From an uncultured Thermodesulfatator sp. (lineage in GTDB: Bacteria; Desulfobacterota; Dissulfuribacteria; Dissulfuribacterales; QOAL01), in assembly GCA_964581255.1 (NCBI GenBank), contig CAZOMT010000002.1, positions 8,775-72,774 of the forward strand: DNA of 64,000 bases, read 5' to 3'. Below are positions 1 to 8,100 of the stretch, piece by piece. The translations under genes were made by a program, and so were the position numbers. Numbering within the stretch: the stretch's first letter is position 1; each line of letters begins with the position of its first letter. Below the pieces are notes generated by a model. It was not told the origin of the DNA, did no database searches, and worked only from the letters and a program-made list of their open reading frames with translations.

Positions 1-906
1 GTGAGAACAACCGTGGTTCTGACGGAAGATACCGTGGAGAAGAGCTTCTTTGGGGCCACCGTAGCGCATCTCAAGGGGATAAACACCAAGGACTGTGCGC
101 TCCATGTTATAGTAGTTGTCGAGCAGTGCCTTGTAGCACCTCATCCTCCAGTCACCAGGAATGTCGCCAGGTTTCAGTTTACCCACTAGAGCGTGAATAA
201 ATACGCCATCAAGCACTTCCTGAGCGATCTTGGTAAGAAATTCATGGGAGCGGTGAATAGGGTTCCTGGTCTGGAACGCTGCAACTGTGCTCCAGCCCCT
301 GTCTTCAAAAATCTGACGGGATACTGATGGATGCATATATGCATCGCCATACTGCTGCTTGAAATCCTTTTCGGACAGAGTCTTTATTGGGCCTCCAACA
401 TAATATTTGCCAGAGTTGAGAACCTGCTGCACACCTGGGTGATCTTCTTCAGCAACTTCCCAGAATCTTTCAGAATCTGGACCCTCACCCTTGAAGCACA
501 ATTCGCACTCCTTCCTCTTGTCGGGCTCCCAGATCTCCTGGATTTCCATGGTAGCCATGAGCTCACCAGTCTCGCTGTCATGGAGCGCTACCTTGTCGCC
601 TTCGTTAATGGTCTTTCTTGTTTCTTCATCAACAGACAGGGTAACAGGCAGAGGCCACATGGTGCCCGGGTCCACCTTGCGCAGCTTCATCTCCTCGACT
701 ACTCCGTCATAATCATCCTTGACCATGAAGCCGTTAAGAGGAGTAAATGCGCCCATGCCCAACATAAGGATGTCACCTGACTCCCTTGAAGAGATATTCA
801 GCCTCTTATAGTCTTTTGCGCGCCCAATCTCATCTTCTCTCTCAGTTCCCTTTAAGAGAAGTGGCATGAGCTTCTTTTGTGAACCGTGTGGATTAACTAA
901 AGCCAT
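1..906 (-). CDS. sat: sulfate adenylyltransferase (ATP sulfurylase), N-terminal 302 codons; 3' end lies outside the window
   Basis: Absent from the ORF track because it runs off the left edge. My own minus-strand translation from ATG 906..904 gives MALVNPHGSQKKLMPLLLKG...AAFQTRNPIHRSHEFLTK...GPKEALLHGIFRQNHGCSH. These are the QTRNP-H-R-H and GPxEA..H motifs of ATP sulfurylases. GGAG lies about 11 nt upstream. Confidence 0.85.
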   Translation of the reverse strand, partial: MALVNPHGSQKKLMPLLLKGTEREDEIGRAKDYKRLNISSRESGDILMLGMGAFTPLNGFMVKDDYDGVVEEMKLRKVDPGTMWPLPVTLSVDEETRKTINEGDKVALHDSETGELMATMEIQEIWEPDKRKECELCFKGEGPDSERFWEVAEEDHPGVQQVLNSGKYYVGGPIKTLSEKDFKQQYGDAYMHPSVSRQIFEDRGWSTVAAFQTRNPIHRSHEFLTKIAQEVLDGVFIHALVGKLKPGDIPGDWRMRCYKALLDNYYNMERTVLGVYPLEMRYGGPKEALLHGIFRQNHGCSH

Positions 907-1026
907 TGCCCTAAATCTCCTTTCTTAGTAATTTTTTGTATTTTTCGAGCCTACTACCCGTGTAATCTAAATGAATTCTCATTCATTGATGTTTAAAATG
1001 AATCTGCGCTCAGGAATGACACATAT

Positions 1027-1055
1027 CTTATATTCCCTGGGAGAAAAATTGTCAA
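1027..1055 (-). promoter_or_regulatory. putative sigma-70 promoter for sat (TTGACA-17 nt-TATAAG)
   Basis: On the minus strand, 1055..1050 reads TTGACA and 1032..1027 reads TATAAG, with an exact 17-nt spacer. It lies between the tRNA-Leu 3' end (1085) and the sat start (906), implying a leader of roughly 110 nt. Confidence 0.4.
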
Positions 1056-1084
1056 GAGGAATAATTAATCAATCGCTCTTAAAA

Positions 1085-1171
1085 TGGTGCCGAAGGGGGG
1101 AGTCGAACCCCCACGGGCGGTTGCCCACTACCCCCTCAAGATAGCGTGTCTACCAATTCCACCACTTCGGC
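1085..1171 (-). tRNA. leuU: tRNA-Leu, anticodon GAG, 87 nt with long variable arm and encoded CCA
   Basis: The reverse complement reads GCCGAAGTGGTGGAATTGGTAGACACGCTATCTTGAGGGGGTAGTGGGCAACCGCCCGTGGGGGTTCGACTCCCCCCTTCGGCACCA. It has a 7-bp acceptor stem (GCCGAAG/CTTCGGC), an anticodon stem CTATC/GGTAG with loop TTGAGGG, and a GGTTCGA T-loop. Confidence 0.9.
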
Positions 1172-1184
1172 ACATGGACGGGAT

Positions 1185-1640
1185 CTATTTCTTTTGTTGA
1201 GCAGCAGACACTGGGGTTGCTGCAGATTCTGCTGCCTTTTCGCTTGAGGCCTTTGTGGCCTCCATGGCGCCTGGGCTCTTATCAGGTGAAACTGCCTTCT
1301 GAGGCTTTGTCGCGACACCCTCTTGCCCCCCTGTATCAGGCGCATTGGGCATGGATGGCAGATGTGCTGGCATTACAGGAGCCTGTTGAACCTTCTGCAT
1401 AACAGACCCTCCCCTGCTATGTATAGACAGGTAGGTGAGAGACAAAGACGTGAGCATAAACACTACAGCTGCGACCGTTGTAACCTTGCTCAACAAGGTT
1501 GCTGGACCAGTGCTTCCAAAGATCGCTTCACTCGACCCAAACACTGCGCCCACTTCGGCGCCCTTGCCCTGTTGGAGTAGCACTGTCACTACCAGCACCG
1601 TACAAGCGATAACGTGAATGACTACCAAAAATGTAAACAT
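1185..1640 (-). CDS. secG: preprotein translocase subunit SecG with Ala/Pro-rich C-terminal tail
   Basis: MFTFLVVIHVIACTVLVVTVLLQQGKGAEVGAVFGSS..FGS.GP is the typical SecG N-terminus, followed by a second TM segment. tRNA-Leu lies 13 nt downstream, as in E. coli secG-leuU. Confidence 0.8.
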   Translation of the reverse strand: MFTFLVVIHVIACTVLVVTVLLQQGKGAEVGAVFGSSEAIFGSTGPATLLSKVTTVAAVVFMLTSLSLTYLSIHSRGGSVMQKVQQAPVMPAHLPSMPNAPDTGGQEGVATKPQKAVSPDKSPGAMEATKASSEKAAESAATPVSAAQQKK

Positions 1641-1656
1641 TAAATTGATTACCTAT

Positions 1657-2421
1657 TCAGTTTTCTTCAAATTTGACTATTCTGGCAAAACTTTCTGGCT
1701 CAAGGGACGCACCCCCTACAAGAGCCCCATCCACGTCTTCCAATGCCATAATCTGTCTGACGTTTCCGGGCTTGACCGAGCCACCATACAATATTCTCAT
1801 TTGTTGTGCAACCGCTTGTCCTGCACGATCTTTCACGCCCTTTCGGACAAGGCTGTGGGCCTCCTGAATCTGTTCAATGCTTGCTGTCTGGCCTGTGCCT
1901 ATGGCCCACACTGGCTCATACGCAACAGAGACCCGAGGAAAATCCTGGTCTGAAAGCAACTCAAGCCCCTTATCTAGCTGGGAAGAAAGCACCTGATGGG
2001 TATGCCCAGCCTCTCTCTCTTGAAGGGTCTCTCCAATACAGAGTATGGCACTAAGGCCATGAGAAACAGCAGATTTTACCTTTTTGGCAATAAGCTCATC
2101 GCTTTCTCCAAAAATGTGACGCCTTTCCGAGTGTCCAAGTATTACGTTTTCCACCTGTATGGAACGAAGCATTAATGGAGAAACTTCCCCGGTAAAGGCA
2201 CCTTGTTCCTCATGATACATGTTCTGGGCTACTATCTTGACTTCTGAATCCACAGTAATACCAATTGCATCCTTCAAATAGACGAAGGAAGGAGCTATAA
2301 AAATTTCTCTATCCTTGATTCCCTGCACCAAGGGTAGAAAGGTTGAGAAGAACTCTTCCATCTCATGTAAAGTTTTATGCATCTTCCAATTGGCTGCAAG
2401 GATTGGAATTCTATTTGCCAT
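1657..2421 (-). CDS. tpiA: triosephosphate isomerase
   Basis: ANWKMHK, GHSERR and AYEPVWAIGTG motifs; 254 aa. Confidence 0.95.
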   Translation of the reverse strand: MANRIPILAANWKMHKTLHEMEEFFSTFLPLVQGIKDREIFIAPSFVYLKDAIGITVDSEVKIVAQNMYHEEQGAFTGEVSPLMLRSIQVENVILGHSERRHIFGESDELIAKKVKSAVSHGLSAILCIGETLQEREAGHTHQVLSSQLDKGLELLSDQDFPRVSVAYEPVWAIGTGQTASIEQIQEAHSLVRKGVKDRAGQAVAQQMRILYGGSVKPGNVRQIMALEDVDGALVGGASLEPESFARIVKFEEN

Positions 2422-2437
2422 CGTTCATCTCCCTCTC

Positions 2438-3631
2438 TTATTTAGCGCAACATTGTTCAAGTGCCCTGAAGCCAGGAAGCTCTTTGCCTTCAAGAAGCAT
2501 CAAAAAGGCGCCACCGCCAGTTGACATATATGACACATTTTCTGCCTCACCTGCCCTTTGGACAGCCAGGTCCGTATCCCCGCCTCCAATTATGCTAAGG
2601 GCAGGACTTGCTCCTACGGCATGGGCAACCTCCATGGTCCCCCTTGAAAAAGGCTCTATCTCAAAGGCGCCCATGGGCCCATTCCATACAATCGTTGCAG
2701 CCTCAGCGATGGTTTCCTTGAAAAGATCGATGGTCTTAGGTCCGATATCTACCACCATCATATCATCTGGAACTTGACTGACATTTACAGTAACAACATC
2801 TGCATCTGCTTCAAGCCCACTTGCCGCAATACAATCGACTGGCAATAAAAGCTCTATGCCAGATTTATCTGCTTGTTCCATTATGGCCTTTGCCGTATCC
2901 AAAAGATCAGGCTCTGTAAGAGACCTTCCTACGGCCACCCCTTCAGCCAGCAAAAAGGTGTTGGCCATTGCACCGCCTATAATCAATTTGTCCACCCTCT
3001 TCAGAATATTTTCTATGGCACCGAGCTTGCTCGAAACCTTGGCACCGCCAAGGATTGCAAGGAGGGGACGGTCTGGCTCCTTCATGGCCTTTTCGAAATA
3101 GGTGATCTCGTTTTTCAGGAGGAAACCTCCTGCGCATTCATCAAGGAAGGAAGGCACCCCCACCACAGAAGCATGGGCCCTGTGGGAGACAGCAAAGGCA
3201 TCATTGATATACACATCCGCAAGTGAGGCCAAGGCCCTTGCAAAATCTGGGTCATTGGCCTGTTCCTCCTTGTGATATCTCAGATTTTCAAGAAGAAGCA
3301 CCCCGCCTGGCTGAAGATCTGAGGCCATTTTTTCTGCTTCAGGCCCTACACAATCAGGAGCCATGGCCACCTCTTTCCCTATAAGCTGTGACAATCGCGA
3401 GGCAACAGGTGCTAGACTCAACTCAGGCACCCTCTCTCCCTTGGGACGTCCGAGATGGGATGCAACTATTAACCTTGCACCCTTGTCAACGGCATATCTT
3501 ACAGATGGCAATGCGGCCCTGATCCTGTGATCATCTGCTATCTCACAATTTTCATCCAGGGGCACATTAAAATCCACCCTCATAAACACCCTCTTTTCTG
3601 AGACATCGATTTCATCAATATACTTGATCAT
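2438..3631 (-). CDS. pgk: phosphoglycerate kinase
   Basis: RVDFNVPL, SHLGRPKG, GGGDT and STGGGA motifs. The ORF extends to 3643, but the second ATG (3631) has a GGAGG 5 nt upstream, so the start is uncertain by 12 nt. Confidence 0.93.
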   Translation of the reverse strand: MIKYIDEIDVSEKRVFMRVDFNVPLDENCEIADDHRIRAALPSVRYAVDKGARLIVASHLGRPKGERVPELSLAPVASRLSQLIGKEVAMAPDCVGPEAEKMASDLQPGGVLLLENLRYHKEEQANDPDFARALASLADVYINDAFAVSHRAHASVVGVPSFLDECAGGFLLKNEITYFEKAMKEPDRPLLAILGGAKVSSKLGAIENILKRVDKLIIGGAMANTFLLAEGVAVGRSLTEPDLLDTAKAIMEQADKSGIELLLPVDCIAASGLEADADVVTVNVSQVPDDMMVVDIGPKTIDLFKETIAEAATIVWNGPMGAFEIEPFSRGTMEVAHAVGASPALSIIGGGDTDLAVQRAGEAENVSYMSTGGGAFLMLLEGKELPGFRALEQCCAK

Positions 3632-3661
3632 GGCCACCTCCATACCAAAGACGCGACATTT

Positions 3662-3766
3662 CTAACGGCTATGTCTGCCATGCATGTAACCCACAGTGTA
3701 GGCACCTGACATTGCGGATACCATTCCAAACATGATTGATAGCATATTCAATATATCCATAGCCAT
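3662..3766 (-). CDS. possible 34-aa hydrophobic small protein (hypothetical)
   Basis: Found by hand in the pgk / gap-like intergenic gap: MAMDILNMLSIMFGMVSAMSGAYTVGYMHGRHSR. A G6 run abuts the first ATG and lies 6 nt before the second ATG (3760). Too short to appear in the ORF track. Confidence 0.3.
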   Translation of the reverse strand: MAMDILNMLSIMFGMVSAMSGAYTVGYMHGRHSR

Positions 3767-3803
3767 CCCCCCTTTAGCTAAAGATTCCCTGTAAAAGATT
3801 TTT

Positions 3804-5066
3804 CTACATCATGGAATCGGCAATAGAAATGGTCCTTTCACCAAGGAGGTTGGTATAACTTCCAAGCTCGTTATCGTACCAACCATAAACTACCATTTTT
3901 GTAATAGGGATGGTGATGGTATCACAAATTATAGTTGTGGATTCTCCTATACCTCTACAGGCCTTTCGCGGATCGATCTGTATGGTTGCGGTACGGGTAT
4001 GTGTCTCAGTACCTTCAATTATGGCCGCAGCTGCTGGCATTCCAATAATGTCGCTTGACACATGCTGTTCCTCTGTAAATATCAGCCTGCCCTTCATAGG
4101 GCCTTCAGCCGCCCTCTTATATATGCCGTTTATTATGTCGCGGTTAATGGGACTTTCGAGGCTCTCATCCTGGATCGTCATAACAAGCACTATGAGAGAG
4201 CCAGTATTTGTGGGGATTCGGACAGACTCGGCAATGAAACCAATGTTTTTCATCTCTGGTATCACGAGCCCCAAGGCCTTTGCCGCACCAGTGGTTGTAA
4301 GAATAATATTGTTGAATATGCTCCTATTCTTCCTGAGATCCTTTGCCCCTGTCTTGGGGAGCCTGTCCAGCACTTGCTGGCTGCCCGTTGCCGCATGCAC
4401 AGTCACCATTGAGGCAGAGAGGATATTGTTTGCGCCAAAATGGTCCAAGATGGGTTTTACCATAAAGGATAGACAGGTCGTTGTACATGAGGCAGCGGAG
4501 ACGAGCCTGTGCTTTTCGGGAATGTAGTCGTCTTCATTGATCCCCATCACAGTGGTCACTGCATCCTCGGGCATTTCTGCGGCCTTGTCCTTTATCTTAA
4601 ATGGCGCAGAAAGGATGACCTTTTCTGCCCCTGCGTCAAGGTGGCCTCGAAGACTTCCCCTTGGATGATCAGCCGGCAGTGTGGGATCCCTAAAGACTCC
4701 AGTGGTGTCTACAACGAGACGCACTCCATTTCCCTGCCAGTCTATGCCCTTGGGATCTCTGCTTTCCCTAAGGATCGTTACAGGAACCCCGTCAATCGTC
4801 ATCCTGCCAGTGGCTTCATCCAGATTTTCTATTACCCTTGGGCATGTGTGGCCATACAGATACGCTCCCAGCCTTCCATAGGTGCTGTCCCGTTCGATGG
4901 AAGCAGCTATGTCTTGAAGCCCTTGGCCTACCTGCCTGCCAATATTCACCACTATCTCGGAAAAACTCTTTTTGCTCACATAGTACCAAAGACTCAGCTT
5001 TCCTATACGTCCTAGACCGTTTATCCCCAGTTTCATGGGCCGGGTTTCATTGTTCGAAACAGACAT
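3804..5066 (-). CDS. glyceraldehyde-3-phosphate dehydrogenase family protein, divergent long form
   Basis: GINGLGRIGK Rossmann motif, active-site SCTTTC (canonical SCTTNC), TVHAATGSQ and WYDNELGY. About 85-100 aa longer than the canonical gap at 9483..10496. The ORF runs to 5111, but the ATG at 5066 has GGAGGAGG 7 nt upstream. Confidence 0.75.
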   Translation of the reverse strand: MSVSNNETRPMKLGINGLGRIGKLSLWYYVSKKSFSEIVVNIGRQVGQGLQDIAASIERDSTYGRLGAYLYGHTCPRVIENLDEATGRMTIDGVPVTILRESRDPKGIDWQGNGVRLVVDTTGVFRDPTLPADHPRGSLRGHLDAGAEKVILSAPFKIKDKAAEMPEDAVTTVMGINEDDYIPEKHRLVSAASCTTTCLSFMVKPILDHFGANNILSASMVTVHAATGSQQVLDRLPKTGAKDLRKNRSIFNNIILTTTGAAKALGLVIPEMKNIGFIAESVRIPTNTGSLIVLVMTIQDESLESPINRDIINGIYKRAAEGPMKGRLIFTEEQHVSSDIIGMPAAAAIIEGTETHTRTATIQIDPRKACRGIGESTTIICDTITIPITKMVVYGWYDNELGSYTNLLGERTISIADSMM

Positions 5067-5199
5067 GCGGGCACCTCCTCCAACTTGTTCTTTATTTACC
5101 GATTCAACCATTAATCCTTAAAAAACCGGGCCTCTGAAAAACAGGATCCAGAAAGACCCAACCCAAAAATTCCTTAATGGCCAACAGGCCCTGATGATT

Positions 5200-8100
5200 T
5201 CAGACAAGGGAGGCGTCTTCCTCCATCCTTGTCTCGTGGCGTCCCAGATAGACAAAGCCGTTTCTGCCATCGATACTCACGAAATCTCCAGAACGGATGA
5301 CATGCCCTTGGATCTCTGCCTTGCCCTCGAGCTCAAACACCTTCATCTGCTCGCAACCCACAACACAGGTCTTATCCAGCCTGAATGCCACAATAGATGC
5401 ATGGGAAGTCTGTCCACCCTTGGCCGTAAGTATACCGTCTGCAGCAGAAATGCCCTTTATGTCGTCTGGCACAGTATCGGAACGGACTAGAATCAACTTG
5501 CTGTCCGGCTCCTTGTTGCGTATCTCTTCTATCTCTTCCAAGGTGAAGACGGCCTTTCCACTCAAGGCCCCACCACTGACTCCTATGCCCCTGGTAACAT
5601 AGCTCTTTTCCAATTCTTCAGAAGGCACAAACACACTTACCCTGCCACGCCTCTTGGTGACCATGTCTCTTGTCTGGAGTATGTAAAGGTCTGAACCCTT
5701 TTCCCCTTCAAAGGTGAATTCGATCTCCTGCGGAGTCCATTTTTTTTCAAAGATCAGGTACTTTACCCAATTTAGCAGGGCATCGTAGATGTTGGGAAAA
5801 CGCTTTTCAAGGCTTTGGGCAGGCGGCATGCCAAGCTCCTCGCTCTGCTCAACTGAAACAGGATTCGTGGCAACAAGACCGCTCACTATGTCTTCCCCTT
5901 GATTCCCTACAGTATAATCCCCCCAAAGGCTGATCCTGTCGAGCTTCTTGTGGGGATTTGCCGTAAATACCACACCTGTGCCTGAAGAAGAAGAAAGGTT
6001 GCCAAAGGCCATGGATTGAACGATGACGGCAGTTCCCCAGTGATCCGATATTTCCATGATCTCCCTATAGGCCTTCGCCTTTTCTGATTCCCACGACTGA
6101 AGCACGAGCCTTATGGACGTGAGAAGCTGCTCAAACGGGTCGTCCTCTACTTGTATACCCCTTTCTATCACAGCCTCCCTGTAGCCCAAGGCGAGCTCCT
6201 TCATTTGTTCCCCTGTAAATTCCCTCTTTTTCCTAACGCCATACCGGGCCTTCTGGTTCTCCATGAGCGAACTGAAAACTTCCCGTTCCAAACCGAGAGA
6301 CATGGCCCACGACTGGATAAAACGGCGGTAATTGTCCCATGCAAACCACATGTTACCGGTCTTTTCAGCAAGGCCCTCTGTGATCTCAGGGTTTATACCC
6401 ACGTTGATTATCGTGGACATCATGCCTGGCATCGATATGGCCGCTCCACTTCTGACTGAAAGAAGCAGGGGGTTTGACTTCTGCCCGAAACTTGCCCCAC
6501 ATCTTTCTTCGAGTTCCTTGACACCCAAGCGGACCTGGCGCCTGAAGTTCCTGTAGGCCCCAGGCAGCTTATAAAAGAGGGAATAATACCTGAAGACCTC
6601 CGTGGTCACGACGATTGCAGGGGGCACCGGAAGACCTTCCTGTGCAAGGAGCAACAGGTTGTAGCCCTTGTTGCCGAGCTGAATGAGATTGCCTGTGGCC
6701 TTGTCGGGGTTGTATATGGAGCAAAGATCCTGGCCAGGATCGTAGCTAAGCAGCATGTCGAGCTCTCTTGGCTCCAGAAACTCCCGCTGCTCCCTAAGTA
6801 CCTGATAGAGCCTTGCAATGAAATTATCCAAGTGCTGAAGACCAAAGGTCGAGGATATTAGCCCCCTCAGAAACGATTCAGAAACGTGGTGAACCACATC
6901 TGTAAGGGATGCATTCTCATGGATGGATGCCTTGTACTTTGGCAGGATCTTATCGGGCCAGAGCTGCCGGATGATCTCATTGAGGTTATCTTCATGAGGG
7001 CTCAAGTAATAGACATATATCATGTCTTTTACGCCTTCTGAAAGCCCTTTTACAATATCAAGATATTGGGTAAAGGAAAAACGTCTGACCCCCAGAGACT
7101 TTTCCAACAGGGTCAGATAGGTAGAAAATTTCTTGGAATAGACCCCATTTAGCTGGACTGCGCGCCAAAGAAGCTTCAGGTGCCTGAGTATGGTCACAAA
7201 CGTGGCCCTGGTGATAAAGGGCACCTCGATCTCTGCAATCAATCTTTCAAAGAAGATGTTTCCCAGATTTTCCAGGCGGAACGTCAGGCCCAGGGCATCA
7301 AACTTTTTCTCATGGTACTTCCCGTACATGGATGGAATATCTGCTGCAATGTGCCTCTTATGATAGATGCTCTCCTGGACTTCGAACTTCTCCCGGGACA
7401 GTATGATCTCCTTTAATTTTTCCAATTCATCCAGAATCACCTTAAGAGCCTGCTCGCTGTCATCCGAGTCTATAACCCCAAGCACTTGCTCCAGCCCCTC
7501 AAAGCCTAGCTTCTTGGCCTCTTCCAGGTGATAGCGTATTTCTTGCACCCCAAGGTGATATTTCATGTACTCCAAACGGTACATCTTGACCAGGAGCTCC
7601 ACACGCCTCTTTTCATGAAAGGGCACATCCTTTACCTCATCTATAAGCTCCTTAACCTTGGATTCCGGCACGTTCAGAAGCACATCCAGTTTCCCTGCAA
7701 ATGGTTCCATACCAAGGGCAGAGGCCAGGTGCCTTATTATCTTGTGCACATGGTCGACGTAGGGGCCAGAACTTGGAATCTGGCCCAGGATCTCAGGAGC
7801 AAGATATGGCTCAAGTCCTGATTTCTGCCTTGAATACCAAAAGCAGAAAATGGCCTCTATGAAATCAACTATGAGATTGTTACTCTCAACATGGCTTTGC
7901 TTCCTGAGAAAGTGTATCAGGAGATCCTTTCTCCTCGAGATCTCATCCAGTTCGGTGGAAACATCCCTCAACAGGCCTTCAGCGCCTATTTCATTGAAGT
8001 AGACTGGAATGGTCCTGGCAAACTCCTTTACAAGATTGTAAATGGGTTCGATGTCACTGTTCAAAAGCCTTGTAATATCCCGCTGAAACAGATCTGTATC

